The notes below the pieces were generated by a model that worked only from the letters and a program-made list of their open reading frames with translations, had not been told where the DNA came from and did no database searches. A program made the position numbers and the translations under genes. A stretch of 64,000 bases of DNA, taken from the sequence record OR539218.1; one strand, 5' to 3'. This document shows, one piece after another, positions 37,554-48,344 of the stretch (position 1 is its first letter; every line of letters starts with the position of its first letter). This stretch comes from Escherichia phage vB-Eco-KMB26.

Positions 37554-37562
37554 AAATTAATT

Positions 37563-37637
37563 TGGTGGCCCTGGGTGGAATTGAACCACCATCTGGCGAT
37601 TATGAGTCGCTTGCTTGAACCTTCCAGCTACAGGGCC
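37563..37637 (-). tRNA. tRNA with CAU anticodon (most likely the AUA-reading tRNA-Ile by position; Met not excluded)
   Basis: Perfect 7-bp acceptor; anticodon loop cuCAUaa; position matches T4 tRNA-Ile. Confidence 0.7.
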
Positions 37638-37638
37638 T

Positions 37639-37714
37639 TGGTGCTGATTGACGGAATCGAACCGCCGACCTTCTCATTACAAGTGAGTTGCTCTACCTAC
37701 TGAGCTAAATCAGC
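37639..37714 (-). tRNA. tRNA-Thr (anticodon UGU)
   Basis: Hand-folded; anticodon loop cuUGUaa. Confidence 0.85.
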
Positions 37715-37719
37715 AAAAC

Positions 37720-37809
37720 TGGCGGAGGCGATAGGATTTGAACCTATGAGTCGCCGGAGCGACTGCCGGTTTTCAAGACCGGTGCATTAAACCACTCTGC
37801 CACGCCTCC
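37720..37809 (-). tRNA. tRNA-Ser (anticodon UGA), long variable arm
   Basis: 90 nt; anticodon stem CCGGU/ACCGG; loop cuUGAaa. Confidence 0.85.
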
Positions 37810-37811
37810 AG

Positions 37812-37885
37812 TCTCCGTGGCAGGATTTGAACCTACGACATTCTGCTCCCAAAGCAGACGCTCTACCAAACTGAGCTACACGGAG
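37812..37885 (-). tRNA. tRNA-Pro (anticodon UGG), no encoded CCA; abuts tRNA-Ser
   Basis: Hand-folded; anticodon loop uuUGGga. Confidence 0.85.
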
Positions 37886-37895
37886 TAAATTAAAT

Positions 37896-37969
<74 letters not shown>

Positions 37970-37974
37970 AAATT

Positions 37975-38061
37975 TGGTGCGAGAAGTGGGACTCGAACCC
38001 ACAAGGAAATCATTCCGCAGCATTTTAAGTGCTGTGCCTTTACCAATTTGGCCATTCTCGC
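37975..38061 (-). tRNA. tRNA-Leu (anticodon UAA), long variable arm
   Basis: 87 nt; anticodon stem CAGCA/UGCUG; loop cuUAAaa. Confidence 0.85.
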
Positions 38062-38062
38062 G

Positions 38063-38135
38063 CTGGGAATAAAGGACTCGAACCTTTGCATCCTGGAATC
38101 AAAATCCAGTGCCTTACCAACTTGGCTAATTCCCA
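38063..38135 (-). tRNA. tRNA-Gln (anticodon UUG), no encoded CCA; abuts tRNA-Leu
   Basis: Hand-folded; anticodon stem CUGGA/UCCAG; loop uuUUGau. Confidence 0.85.
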
Positions 38136-38204
38136 ATTATTAACAAAGGCTCTTAAGCAAGAACCCTTGATGATAGAGGGTATTAATCAGTGCGATATGA
38201 GTTA

Positions 38205-38229
38205 ATAATAACAAATAATTCTTAAAGCA
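38205..38229 (-). promoter_or_regulatory. Middle promoter for the tRNA cluster: MotA box TGCTTTA, 12-nt spacer, TATTAT
   Basis: Motif read on minus strand about 70 nt upstream of tRNA-Gln. Confidence 0.45.
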
Positions 38230-38232
38230 TAT

Positions 38233-38520
38233 TTACCATTTATAATAATACATATTTACGATGCATTCAAGACCCAAAGGATTCTTGAAAATATCATATT
38301 CAAGAGGACCTTTTTCTGTTTCAATAAAGAAATCAAAATTTACTGTATTAAATTTACGTTCTTCCTTCACTAATTTAACTTGAGAAGATGAACGGTCAAT
38401 GTAAACCTTTTCAACTTCAAAACATGTTAAAATGCCATAATCATCAATCAAGGCTTTAGCTGCTTCTTGATCATATTTATATCCATTTTCAATGGATGAT
38501 ACTTTCGCATAAAGAATCAT
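38233..38520 (-). CDS. Hypothetical protein (variable ipI-type locus)
   Basis: 95-aa ORF. Confidence 0.5.
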   Translation of the reverse strand: MILYAKVSSIENGYKYDQEAAKALIDDYGILTCFEVEKVYIDRSSSQVKLVKEERKFNTVNFDFFIETEKGPLEYDIFKNPLGLECIVNMYYYKW

Positions 38521-38522
38521 TA

Positions 38523-38921
38523 TCAGCCTTCATCAACAATAGTGTGAGTATTAGCATTTACGATTTGCCACCAATCAAAGCGATTAGAATCCATCGGTTT
38601 GTTTTCATTTTCTTTGATAATGTCACGGAGTTCATCTTCAGAGAATGCTTTAGCAATTAAATCGGTATACCCACCACGGGGATAATAATTATCACCTGCA
38701 AACAAAAGGAAATTTACCTTCCCGGAAGCAACATATGCTTCCTTAGGATACTTGTTTCCTGCGTGGTCAACCACTTCAATATAACGGTAAGGAATATCGG
38801 TTCTTTCAACCCATTGCCATGCCGCCGCAGGGGAATCGAAAGCATCTACACCTAAACGATTATCTTCATCTTTAGACGGATTATTTTCGTAATCCGCATA
38901 TACATAATATTCAACGTTCAT
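38523..38921 (-). CDS. Hypothetical acidic protein (variable ipI-type locus)
   Basis: 132-aa ORF; ATGA overlap with upstream ORF. Confidence 0.5.
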   Translation of the reverse strand: MNVEYYVYADYENNPSKDEDNRLGVDAFDSPAAAWQWVERTDIPYRYIEVVDHAGNKYPKEAYVASGKVNFLLFAGDNYYPRGGYTDLIAKAFSEDELRDIIKENENKPMDSNRFDWWQIVNANTHTIVDEG

Positions 38922-39106
38922 TATTCACCTTTAGAAATTTTATCCATAACAATAGCAATTAAACCAATTAAAAATGCTACTACAAGTGAAAAAACATTTT
39001 CTGCCGTAGTCAATAATCCGCATATAAATCCAACAAACATTGAAAAACTGAAAGCGGAAGCAGAAATTGCAATAGCAACATTTCGAATTAATTCACAACG
39101 TTTCAT
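38921..39106 (-). CDS. Small membrane protein
   Basis: 61 aa, almost entirely hydrophobic; own early promoter upstream. Confidence 0.5.
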   Translation of the reverse strand: MKRCELIRNVAIAISASAFSFSMFVGFICGLLTTAENVFSLVVAFLIGLIAIVMDKISKGE

Positions 39107-39127
39107 TTTATTCTCCTCAGTAGTAGA

Positions 39128-39164
39128 TAGGGTAATAGTATCACTACCCTATCTAAAAGTAAAC
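39128..39164 (-). promoter_or_regulatory. Early promoter (-35 GTTTAC, -10 ATACTATTAC variant)
   Basis: gatagggtaatagtatcac...gtaaac. Confidence 0.5.
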
Positions 39165-39398
39165 TTATTTTTTACGAAAAATTGATTTATTTTCTGCTGC
39201 CCATTTTTCAATAACTGCAGCAGGACCAGTAACAACAATTTTATCACCGTAATCTTCTGCGGCGAGTTGACCGAAATTATCTAATGCATCACGAAGAACT
39301 CCATGAGGCATTTCACCCATTTTATCTTTCTTGCCAGTGTAAATAAACTCAACTTTTACATCAGCAGTTTCAGCAATAAATTCTTGGTAAGTTTTCAT
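39165..39398 (-). CDS. Internal protein (IP-type) with exact capsid-targeting sequence MKTYQEFIAE (ORF track extends to 39410)
   Basis: N-terminal 10 aa identical to the T4 IP targeting sequence as recalled. Confidence 0.65.
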   Translation of the reverse strand: MKTYQEFIAETADVKVEFIYTGKKDKMGEMPHGVLRDALDNFGQLAAEDYGDKIVVTGPAAVIEKWAAENKSIFRKK

Positions 39399-39424
39399 TT
39401 TGATTTCCATTTGGTTTTGTTTTG

Positions 39425-39462
39425 ATAGGGTAATAGTATCACAACTAAAACCCTATGTAAAC
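39425..39462 (-). promoter_or_regulatory. Early promoter (-35 GTTTAC, -10 ATACTATTAC variant)
   Basis: gatagggtaatagtatcac...gtaaac. Confidence 0.5.
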
Positions 39463-39474
39463 AACTTTGTGAAA

Positions 39475-39732
39475 TTATTTTAAATCTTCTAATCGTTTCT
39501 TCATCTTAGAGCCATTTTTAGCAATTTCTCCTGCATCGGAGCATAATGCTAAAAGTGCTTTAACTTTAGTTTGGTCTCCTTTAAAAGATGAAGGATCGAC
39601 CGCAGCAGCAAGTTCTTTAATACGAGAGAAAAGACGCTCAGCTTCAGCTAAAGCCATTCCAAGCTTTACTTCCATACCGTGGGAAGATTCAGTAATAGTA
39701 GTTTTTGTAGCAAACTCTTTGAAAGTTTTCAT
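39475..39732 (-). CDS. Internal-protein-like protein with targeting-like N-terminus MKTFKEFATK
   Basis: 85 aa; N-terminus resembles MKTYQEFIAE. Confidence 0.55.
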   Translation of the reverse strand: MKTFKEFATKTTITESSHGMEVKLGMALAEAERLFSRIKELAAAVDPSSFKGDQTKVKALLALCSDAGEIAKNGSKMKKRLEDLK

Positions 39733-39755
39733 TTTTATTTTCCTAATTAATTTTG

Positions 39756-39793
39756 ATGTGGTAATAGTATCACTACCTCATCAGTATGTAAAC
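39756..39793 (-). promoter_or_regulatory. Early promoter (-35 GTTTAC, -10 ATACTATTAC variant)
   Basis: gtggtaatagtatcac...gtaaac. Confidence 0.5.
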
Positions 39794-39805
39794 AACTTTG
39801 TGAAA

Positions 39806-40490
<685 letters not shown>

Positions 40491-40491
<1 letters not shown>

Positions 40492-41216
40492 TATAGTACC
40501 TTTAGTGTATTTTTAATTTTAGAAAAAAGTTCTTCAAGAGAACCATCGTTTGTAATTACTAAATCGCCATCACGAATTGGCAATCCAGCTTCTGTAATAT
40601 GTGTATCATTGGATTTTTGACCAGGACGAACTACATGAATTACTGTAGCACCCATCGCCCTAGCCGCATCCATTTCATGATCTTGACGGGTATCAGGAAC
40701 GATATAATAATCATAACCTGAGTTAAATTTATCAAGATAATCTAAAGCAAATAATTTTACCCAGTACATGCGGTCGAAGTTATTAACAATCAAATCCGTA
40801 CCTAGGGCTTGCATCAGACGACGGACTGACCATTGATCTTCAATATTATTTATAACGTCAATAATCTTGTTAAATGCTACGGAATTAACTGATTCTTGTC
40901 CTTCGTCATCAAAAACAAACACACCTTTAATTGGGCTTTTACCATTAAGATAGCAAAATGCTTGTTCCATAATCGTGATTACTTCTAATTTAGTTAGATT
41001 TAAATTAGTCTCACGATCATAGTCAATTCCTTCAAACTCTTTACGAGTTAAGCAAGGATAGTCGGTATTTGCAGCAAATACTCCCCATGCATAAGCCAAT
41101 GCATCCTTAATAGGACCAGCAAGTTGGTATTTAACTGCAGAATAATTGCTCATGATAAAATCAGCAGTAGTATCTTTTCCACTACGCTTTACACCGCTTA
41201 AAAAGATTAGTTTCAT
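40491..41216 (-). CDS. 1: Deoxynucleoside monophosphate kinase gp1
   Basis: 241 aa; P-loop GVKRSGKDT. Confidence 0.9.
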
Positions 41217-41265
41217 ATGTTTCTCCTCAAATTTAGTTAAGATTATAACACATGAAACTGAAGCA

Positions 41266-41796
41266 TTAAACTTCTGCTATAATTTTACCATCTTTTTCTA
41301 CTTGAAAATAGGTGTAAGGAATCGTTGCTGTACATACTAAAGCCGGGTCTGAATCTTCCGTGTAGCTAAATTCTACTTCAGATAGGTCAGAAACCCAAGG
41401 CTTATAAAAATTTATTGACATCACGATTTCAGTTTTACTATTATCTAAAATGTAAAGCGTAATGTATTCAGGACCTGTTTTTTGGGCAGTATTTTCGCCT
41501 GTAAGATAGTTACTAGTTCCTAGCATCCATTCATACATTCCTATCCACGACTTAAGCTCTTCGTCAACTATAAATCTCACGATGAGTGGATCGTACTCAA
41601 ATGTAACACCTGGACGTTGTGCTCGACCAAGTCCAAACGGCCCAGTCACGGTATCAGTAACAGGTATTCTAATTCCTGGAATAGGAACTGACTGAGCATT
41701 TAAAGTAAAAGCAGATGTAGTATTACTATGTGGTATTGATACTACAAAGTTAGTTGTATTTGCTTGGTTAAAAATTTGTTGCAGAGCTTGCGACAT
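41266..41796 (-). CDS. 3: Tail completion/sheath stabiliser gp3 (ORF track extends to 41880)
   Basis: 176 aa from MSQALQQIF; position between genes 1 and 2. Confidence 0.7.
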   Translation of the reverse strand: MSQALQQIFNQANTTNFVVSIPHSNTTSAFTLNAQSVPIPGIRIPVTDTVTGPFGLGRAQRPGVTFEYDPLIVRFIVDEELKSWIGMYEWMLGTSNYLTGENTAQKTGPEYITLYILDNSKTEIVMSINFYKPWVSDLSEVEFSYTEDSDPALVCTATIPYTYFQVEKDGKIIAEV

Positions 41797-41904
41797 ATAT
41801 TCCTCATAATGCTTTATAACTGTTGGTGGTATAATGGGTCTAAGTCCCTTCCATTCAATTCCATTTAGAACAAACAACAAAAAAGAATGGAAGATAATAG
41901 AGAA

Positions 41905-42729
41905 TTAGATATTTGACCAGACTTTGTTTGCAGAGAAACGTTTTCCTTTTGAAACGAACTGCTGAAGCGGCATTAATACAACGTTCGCCCAGTCTTTCGG
42001 GGCGATTTCAACAAGGCTACCCATAACATTACCAGGTATATATGCCTTAATCATTTGGTCTGCACCCCTAAATCCTTTCACTTGACTCCAATCAATTTTT
42101 AATTTCGTTTTATTAGTAATAGTAGGTGTATTTGCATATTGCTTTAAAAGCTCTTCTAGGAATTGCTGACGAGCTTTAGGTGGAATATAGTGCAAGTTCA
42201 ATCCGTACATTAAATTATGCTTACCTAAACCAAGGTAAATTATCAAAGGAAATTTATCCCAGTAAGGAAGAGTTTCCTTGTGTTTAGCATCATAAGCAAA
42301 AGCATATATTCGTCCCGGCTGCGGGCGAACAACTTTATGTCCTTTTACTTGCTTAATAGTTTCAGCAAACCACTTTCTGGTTTTATTATTAATTGCTGCG
42401 CCTTCATTACGAATTTTATCGCGCAATGTTTGTCTGAATGAATTTATCATAAGCAGTTGTCTTTCTTGCTTATTGAGTTTATTCATTGGTTTTGATTCAA
42501 GCTTTTGAATCTTTTCAGCCGTTTTAATTCCTGAAGCATATTTTGACATTGCTGAAGTAAACGTAGAGTATTTGATTCCTCTTTCTTCAGCAAATTGCTT
42601 TCCTGTCATTCCTTTTGCTTTGGCCTTTTTATATTCAAGACCTATCTGAATCCATTTCTTTTCGTTTAATGATTGCTTAACCTTTGGAACTTGGGGAGTG
42701 CTTTCATTAATTATTTGAAAAATAGCCAT
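41905..42729 (-). CDS. 2: DNA end-protector protein gp2
   Basis: 274 aa; size and position match T4 gp2. Confidence 0.85.
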   Translation of the reverse strand: MAIFQIINESTPQVPKVKQSLNEKKWIQIGLEYKKAKAKGMTGKQFAEERGIKYSTFTSAMSKYASGIKTAEKIQKLESKPMNKLNKQERQLLMINSFRQTLRDKIRNEGAAINNKTRKWFAETIKQVKGHKVVRPQPGRIYAFAYDAKHKETLPYWDKFPLIIYLGLGKHNLMYGLNLHYIPPKARQQFLEELLKQYANTPTITNKTKLKIDWSQVKGFRGADQMIKAYIPGNVMGSLVEIAPKDWANVVLMPLQQFVSKGKRFSANKVWSNI

Positions 42730-43181
42730 TATGCCCCCTTAAAGCCAAGAGCTCGTAATCCATCTTCTGTCAGAATTCTAAATTTTATTCCACGCTTTTC
42801 AGCTAAAGCTTGCGCTGCTTTCCATTTGTCGGTATTAACAGAATATGTATAAATTTCATTCATAAATCTTTTCTTCGCTGCGGTTGTTAGATGTGCTGGT
42901 TTAACTGGTGGTTGTGTTTCTTTTTTAGGTTTTATTTCAATAAAAAATTCTTGTCCAGAAGAATCTTTCATCCAAATATCCATGAAGTATCTACGTTTTT
43001 TCCCTTCTGCATTACAAAAATAAGGAATTACTGCTGTTTCACTACCCCATGCAATAATTTCTGGATTTTTATCTAACCATTCAAAAAAGAATTTTTCCCA
43101 ATTTGATCTATACGTAATTTTTTTAGGGTCACCTCTATACTTTGATATATTTTTAGGAACCCATTTTCCAGAATATGCCAT
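42729..43181 (-). CDS. 4: Head completion protein gp4
   Basis: 150 aa; [21 protein letters not shown]...; ATGA-coupled to gene 2. Confidence 0.85.
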   Translation of the reverse strand: MAYSGKWVPKNISKYRGDPKKITYRSNWEKFFFEWLDKNPEIIAWGSETAVIPYFCNAEGKKRRYFMDIWMKDSSGQEFFIEIKPKKETQPPVKPAHLTTAAKKRFMNEIYTYSVNTDKWKAAQALAEKRGIKFRILTEDGLRALGFKGA

Positions 43182-43192
43182 TGGATTCTCCT

Positions 43193-43200
43193 TATAAATA
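43193..43200 (+). promoter_or_regulatory. Late promoter TATAAATA for gene 53 and downstream baseplate genes
   Basis: Exact TATAAATA about 28 nt upstream of the gene 53 ATG. Confidence 0.7.
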
Positions 43201-43207
43201 GATAATA

Positions 43208-43215
43208 TATTTATA
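43208..43215 (-). promoter_or_regulatory. Divergent late promoter TATAAATA for the gene 4-2-3 unit
   Basis: Exact TATAAATA on minus strand, back-to-back with the plus-strand promoter. Confidence 0.6.
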
Positions 43216-43228
43216 AACAGGAGGGCCC

Positions 43229-43819
43229 ATGCTCTTTACATTTTTTGATCCGATTGAATATGCGGCCAAAACGGTGAATAAAAACGCGCCGACTATTCCT
43301 ATGACAGATATTTTTAGAAACTATAAAGACTATTTTAAACGCGCTCTTGCGGGATACCGCTTACGTACTTATTATATCAAAGGTTCACCACGCCCGGAAG
43401 AATTAGCAAATACTATATATGGAAATCCACAGTTGTATTGGGTTTTATTGATGTGTAATGATAATTATGACCCGTATTATGGATGGATTACTTCACAAGA
43501 AGCAGCTTATCAAGCATCTATACAAAAATACAAAAATGTAGGTGGAGACCAAATAGTATATCATGTGAATGAGAACGGTGAAAAATTTTATAATTTAATA
43601 TCATACGATGATAATCCATATGTTTGGTATGATAAAGGTGATAAAGCTAGAAAATATCCTCAATATGAAGGAGCACTTGCTGCTGTTAATACGTATGAAG
43701 ATGCTGTTCTTGAAAATGAAAAACTTCGTCAAATAAAAATAATAGCAAAATCAGACATTAATTCATTTATGAACGACCTTATACGTATAATGGAGAAATC
43801 TTATGGAAATGATAAGTAA
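43229..43819 (+). CDS. 53: Baseplate wedge protein gp53
   Basis: 196 aa; GGAGG RBS; position before gene 5. Confidence 0.85.
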   Translation: MLFTFFDPIEYAAKTVNKNAPTIPMTDIFRNYKDYFKRALAGYRLRTYYIKGSPRPEELANTIYGNPQLYWVLLMCNDNYDPYYGWITSQEAAYQASIQKYKNVGGDQIVYHVNENGEKFYNLISYDDNPYVWYDKGDKARKYPQYEGALAAVNTYEDAVLENEKLRQIKIIAKSDINSFMNDLIRIMEKSYGNDK

Positions 43820-45530
43820 TAACCTTAATTGGTTTGTTGGTGTTGTTGAAGATAGAATGGACCCATTAAAATTAGGTCGTGTTCGTGTTCGTGTGGTTGG
43901 TCTGCATCCACCTCAAAGAGCACAAGGCGATGTAATGGGTATTCCAACTGAAAAATTACCATGGATGTCAGTTATTCAACCTATAACTTCTGCAGCAATG
44001 TCTGGAATTGGAGGTTCTGTTACTGGACCGGTAGAAGGAACTAGAGTTTATGGTCATTTTTTAGACAAATGGAAAACTAACGGAATTGTCCTTGGCACGT
44101 ATGGTGGAATAGTTCGCGAAAAACCGAATAGACTTGAAGGATTTTCTGACCCAACTGGGCAATATCCTAGACGTTTAGGAAATGATACTAATGTATTAAA
44201 CCAAGGCGGAGAAGTAGGATATGATTCGTCTTCTAACATTATCCAAGATAGTAACTTAGACACTGCAATAAATCCCGATGATAGACCACTATCAGAGATT
44301 CCAACCGATGATAATCCAAATATGTCAATGGCTGACATGCTTCGCCGTGATGAAGGATTAAGACTAAAAGTTTATTGGGATACTGAAGGATATCCGACAA
44401 TTGGTATTGGTCATCTTATCATGAAGCAGCCAGTTCGTGATATGGCTCAAATTAATAAAGTTTTATCAAAACAAGTTGGTCGTGAAATTACTGGAAACCC
44501 AGGTTCTATTACGATGGAAGAGGCGACGACTTTATTTGAACGTGATTTGGCTGATATGCAACGGGACATTAAATCACATTCTAAAGTAGGACCAGTCTGG
44601 CAAGCTGTCAACCGTTCTCGTCAAATGGCGTTAGAAAATATGGCATTTCAAATGGGTGTTGGCGGTGTAGCTAAATTTAACACAATGTTAACTGCTATGT
44701 TAGCCGGAGATTGGGAAAAAGCATATAAAGCCGGTCGTGATTCATTGTGGTATCAACAAACAAAAGGCCGTGCATCCCGTGTTACCATGATTATTCTTAC
44801 GGGGAATTTGGAATCATATGGTGTTGAAGTGAAAACCCCAGCTAGGTCTCTATCAGCAATGGCTGCTACTGTAGCTAAATCTTCTGACCCGGCTGACCCT
44901 CCTATTCCAAATGACTCGAGAATTTTATTCAAAGAACCAGTTTCTTCATATAAAGGTGAATATCCTTATGTGCATACAATGGAAACTGAAAGCGGACATA
45001 TTCAGGAATTTGATGATACTCCTGGGCAAGAACGATACAGATTAGTTCATCCGACTGGAACTTATGAAGAAGTATCACCGTCAGGAAGAAGAACAAGAAA
45101 AACTGTCGATAATTTGTATGATATAACCAACGCTGATGGTAATTTTTTGGTAGCCGGTGATAAAAAGACTAACGTCGGTGGATCAGAAATTTATTACAAC
45201 ATGGATAATCGTCTTCACCAAATAGATGGAAGCAATACAATATTTGTACGTGGCGATGAAACTAAGACAGTTGAAGGCAATGGAACTATCCTAGTTAAAG
45301 GTAATGTTACTATTGTAGTTGAAGGTAATGCTGACATTACAGTTAAAGGAGATGCTACCACTTTAGTTGAAGGAAATCAAACTAACACAGTAAATGGAAA
45401 TCTTTCTTGGAAAGTTGCTGGGACAGTTGATTGGGACGTTGGTGGTGATTGGACAGAAAAAATGGCATCTATGAGTTCTATTTCATCTGGTCAATACACA
45501 ATTGATGGATCGAGGATTGACATTGGCTAA
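43803..45530 (+). CDS. 5: Baseplate central spike / tail lysozyme gp5
   Basis: 575 aa; internal lysozyme domain (DEGLRLKVYWDTEGYPTIGIGH); C-terminal VxGxxxx beta-helix repeats. Confidence 0.95.
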   Translation: MEMISNNLNWFVGVVEDRMDPLKLGRVRVRVVGLHPPQRAQGDVMGIPTEKLPWMSVIQPITSAAMSGIGGSVTGPVEGTRVYGHFLDKWKTNGIVLGTYGGIVREKPNRLEGFSDPTGQYPRRLGNDTNVLNQGGEVGYDSSSNIIQDSNLDTAINPDDRPLSEIPTDDNPNMSMADMLRRDEGLRLKVYWDTEGYPTIGIGHLIMKQPVRDMAQINKVLSKQVGREITGNPGSITMEEATTLFERDLADMQRDIKSHSKVGPVWQAVNRSRQMALENMAFQMGVGGVAKFNTMLTAMLAGDWEKAYKAGRDSLWYQQTKGRASRVTMIILTGNLESYGVEVKTPARSLSAMAATVAKSSDPADPPIPNDSRILFKEPVSSYKGEYPYVHTMETESGHIQEFDDTPGQERYRLVHPTGTYEEVSPSGRRTRKTVDNLYDITNADGNFLVAGDKKTNVGGSEIYYNMDNRLHQIDGSNTIFVRGDETKTVEGNGTILVKGNVTIVVEGNADITVKGDATTLVEGNQTNTVNGNLSWKVAGTVDWDVGGDWTEKMASMSSISSGQYTIDGSRIDIG

Positions 45531-45564
45531 TATACTTCCAATGAGCGCTGATTTAGGAGAATCC

Positions 45565-46059
45565 ATGGAAGGTTCTTCTATCGACGTCACCTTTACCGCT
45601 CAATTAGAAACAGGTGAAACGTTAGTATCTATAAATATAACTAGTTACGAAGAAACTCCTGGGGTTTTAGTAGAAGAAAATCGCTTATACGGAACATATG
45701 AATCTGTGTTTGGATTTGGAAATGACGCGTTGAAATATCGTTTAGGCGATGAATTTAAAACTGCTGCTTCATGGGAAGAACTTCCTACTGATTCTGATAC
45801 TCAGTTGTATTTATGGAAAGCTCCTCAAAACCTCCAGAAGACATTCACTTACGAAGTAACATTAATATATGACTACCAAGAACAAAGTGAATCTGGAGGT
45901 TCTGGCAGTAATTCTAGGTCATCTTCTGATACTACTGAACCGACAGATCCTCCTGCTCCAGTAAGAAAAACTCTCGTTAAAAATTATACTAAAACTATAG
46001 TTGGAAATTGGAGTCGTTGGGCTAATAAATTAAGAAGCTATGTGTATGAGAGGTCATAG
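45565..46059 (+). CDS. gp5.1-like protein (ORF track begins at 45502)
   Basis: Start MEGSSIDV after AGGAGA RBS; Ser/Thr-rich. Confidence 0.55.
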
Positions 46060-46353
46060 ATGTCAGGATTAAGTTATGATAAATGTGTTACTGCTGGTCA
46101 TGAAGCGTGGCCTCCAACAGTTGTGAATGCTACACAAAGTAAAGTATTCACTGGAGGAATTGCTGTTCTCGTAGCAGGTGATCCAATTACAGAACATACA
46201 GAAATTAAAAAGCCATATGAAACACATGGCGGAGTGACACAACCCAGAACTTCTAAGGTATATGTCACTGGAAAGAAAGCTGTTCAAATGGCTGATCCAA
46301 TATCATGCGGTGATACTGTGGCTCAGGCATCATCTAAAGTATTCATTAAATAG
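46060..46353 (+). CDS. 5.4: PAAR-repeat spike-tip protein gp5.4
   Basis: 97 aa; matches T4 gp5.4. Confidence 0.85.
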
Positions 46354-46361
46354 GATTTAAA

Positions 46362-48344
46362 ATGGCAAATACCCCTGTAAATTATCAATTAACAAGAACA
46401 GCAAATGCTATTCCCGAGATATTCGTCGGGGGTACATTTGCTGAAATAAAACAAAACCTCATTGAATGGCTTAATGGCCAAAATGAATTTTTGGATTATG
46501 ATTTTGAAGGCTCAAGATTAAACGTTCTGTGTGACCTTTTAGCTTATAATACATTGTACATTCAACAGTTTGGTAATGCTGCTGTGTATGAAAGCTTTAT
46601 GCGTACTGCTAACTTACGAAGTTCAGTTGTTCAAGCTGCACAAGATAACGGATATTTACCTACTTCAAAATCCGCTGCGCAGACCGAAATTATGTTAACA
46701 TGCACCGACGCATTGAATAGGAATTACATTACTATTCCTCGCGGAACTCGCTTTTTAGCATATGCAAAAGATACTTCTGTTAATCCATATAACTTCGTTT
46801 CTACCGAAGACGTTATTGCTATTCGTGATAAAAATAACCAATATTTTCCGCGTTTAAAATTGGCCCAGGGACGTATAGTAAGAACTGAAATCATTTATGA
46901 TAAATTAACACCTATTATCATTTATGATAAAAATATTGATAGAAACCAGGTTAAATTATACGTTGATGGAGCAGAATGGATTAACTGGACAAGAAAGTCA
47001 ATGGTTCATGCTGGTTCTACATCGACAATTTACTACATGCGTGAAACTATTGATGGAAATACTGAATTCTATTTTGGTGAAGGTGAAATTTCTGTTAATG
47101 CTTCTGAAGGAGCTTTGACCGCTAATTATATCGGAGGTCTTAAACCTACTCAGAACTCTACGATTGTTATTGAGTACATCAGTACTAATGGTGCTGACGC
47201 GAACGGAGCAGTCGGATTTTCATACGCAGATACATTAACAAATATAACTGTCATCAATATTAATGAAAATCCAAACGATGACCCAGATTTTGTTGGGGCA
47301 GATGGCGGCGGTGATCCAGAAGATATTGAGCGTATCCGCGAATTGGGTACTATTAAACGCGAAACCCAGCAACGCTGCGTAACTGCGACTGACTATGATA
47401 CATTCGTTTCAGAGAGATTTGGTTCTATTATTCAAGCAGTTCAGACTTTCACTGATTCTACTAAACCTGGTTATGCATTTATTGCTGCTAAACCTAAATC
47501 AGGTCTGTATTTAACTACTGTACAGCGTGAAGATATTAAAAATTATCTCAAAGACTATAATTTAGCTCCTATTACGCCATCAATTATTTCTCCTAATTAT
47601 CTTTTTATTAAGACTAATTTAAAAGTCACATATGCTTTAAATAAGCTGCAAGAATCCGAACAGTGGCTCGAAGGTCAAATAATTGATAAAATTGATCGTT
47701 ATTATACCGAAGACGTAGAAATTTTTAATTCATCTTTCGCTAAATCTAAGATGTTGACATATGTAGATGATGCAGATCATTCTGTCATTGGTTCATCAGC
47801 GACTATTCAAATGGTTCGTGAAGTACAAAACTTCTATAAAACACCTGAAGCAGGTATTAAATACAATAATCAAATAAAAGATCGTTCTATGGAATCTAAT
47901 ACGTTTTCATTTAATTCTGGACGAAAGGTTGTAAATCCTGATACTGGTTTAGAAGAAGATGTATTATATGATGTTCGTATAGTATCAACAGACCGAGATT
48001 CTAAAGGAATTGGTAAAGTTATTATTGGTCCATTTGCTTCTGGCGATGTTACAGAAAATGAAAACATTCAGCCATATACAGGCAATGATTTTAATAAATT
48101 AGCAAATTCTGATGGACGCGACAAATACTATGTTATCGGTGAAATAAATTATCCGGCTGACATGATTTATTGGAATATCGCTAAAATTAATTTAACATCT
48201 GAAAAATTTGAGGTTCAGACTATTGAATTATATTCTGACCCAACCGATGATGTTATCTTTACCCGTGATGGTTCACTGATTGTATTTGAAAATGATTTAC
48301 GTCCGCAATACTTAACTATCGATTTGGAGCCTATATCACAATGA
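46362..48344 (+). CDS. 6: Baseplate wedge protein gp6
   Basis: 660 aa; size and order match T4. Confidence 0.9.
   Translation: MANTPVNYQLTRTANAIPEIFVGGTFAEIKQNLIEWLNGQNEFLDYDFEGSRLNVLCDLLAYNTLYIQQFGNAAVYESFMRTANLRSSVVQAAQDNGYLPTSKSAAQTEIMLTCTDALNRNYITIPRGTRFLAYAKDTSVNPYNFVSTEDVIAIRDKNNQYFPRLKLAQGRIVRTEIIYDKLTPIIIYDKNIDRNQVKLYVDGAEWINWTRKSMVHAGSTSTIYYMRETIDGNTEFYFGEGEISVNASEGALTANYIGGLKPTQNSTIVIEYISTNGADANGAVGFSYADTLTNITVININENPNDDPDFVGADGGGDPEDIERIRELGTIKRETQQRCVTATDYDTFVSERFGSIIQAVQTFTDSTKPGYAFIAAKPKSGLYLTTVQREDIKNYLKDYNLAPITPSIISPNYLFIKTNLKVTYALNKLQESEQWLEGQIIDKIDRYYTEDVEIFNSSFAKSKMLTYVDDADHSVIGSSATIQMVREVQNFYKTPEAGIKYNNQIKDRSMESNTFSFNSGRKVVNPDTGLEEDVLYDVRIVSTDRDSKGIGKVIIGPFASGDVTENENIQPYTGNDFNKLANSDGRDKYYVIGEINYPADMIYWNIAKINLTSEKFEVQTIELYSDPTDDVIFTRDGSLIVFENDLRPQYLTIDLEPISQ

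Noticed and set aside
44054-44338. Minus-strand ORF inside gene 5
   Set aside because: Antisense to the gp5 lysozyme domain, in the late plus-strand block where no minus-strand genes are expected.
46069-46287. Minus-strand ORF antisense to gene 5.4
   Set aside because: Fully overlaps the PAAR protein gene; Cys-rich translation is an antisense artefact.
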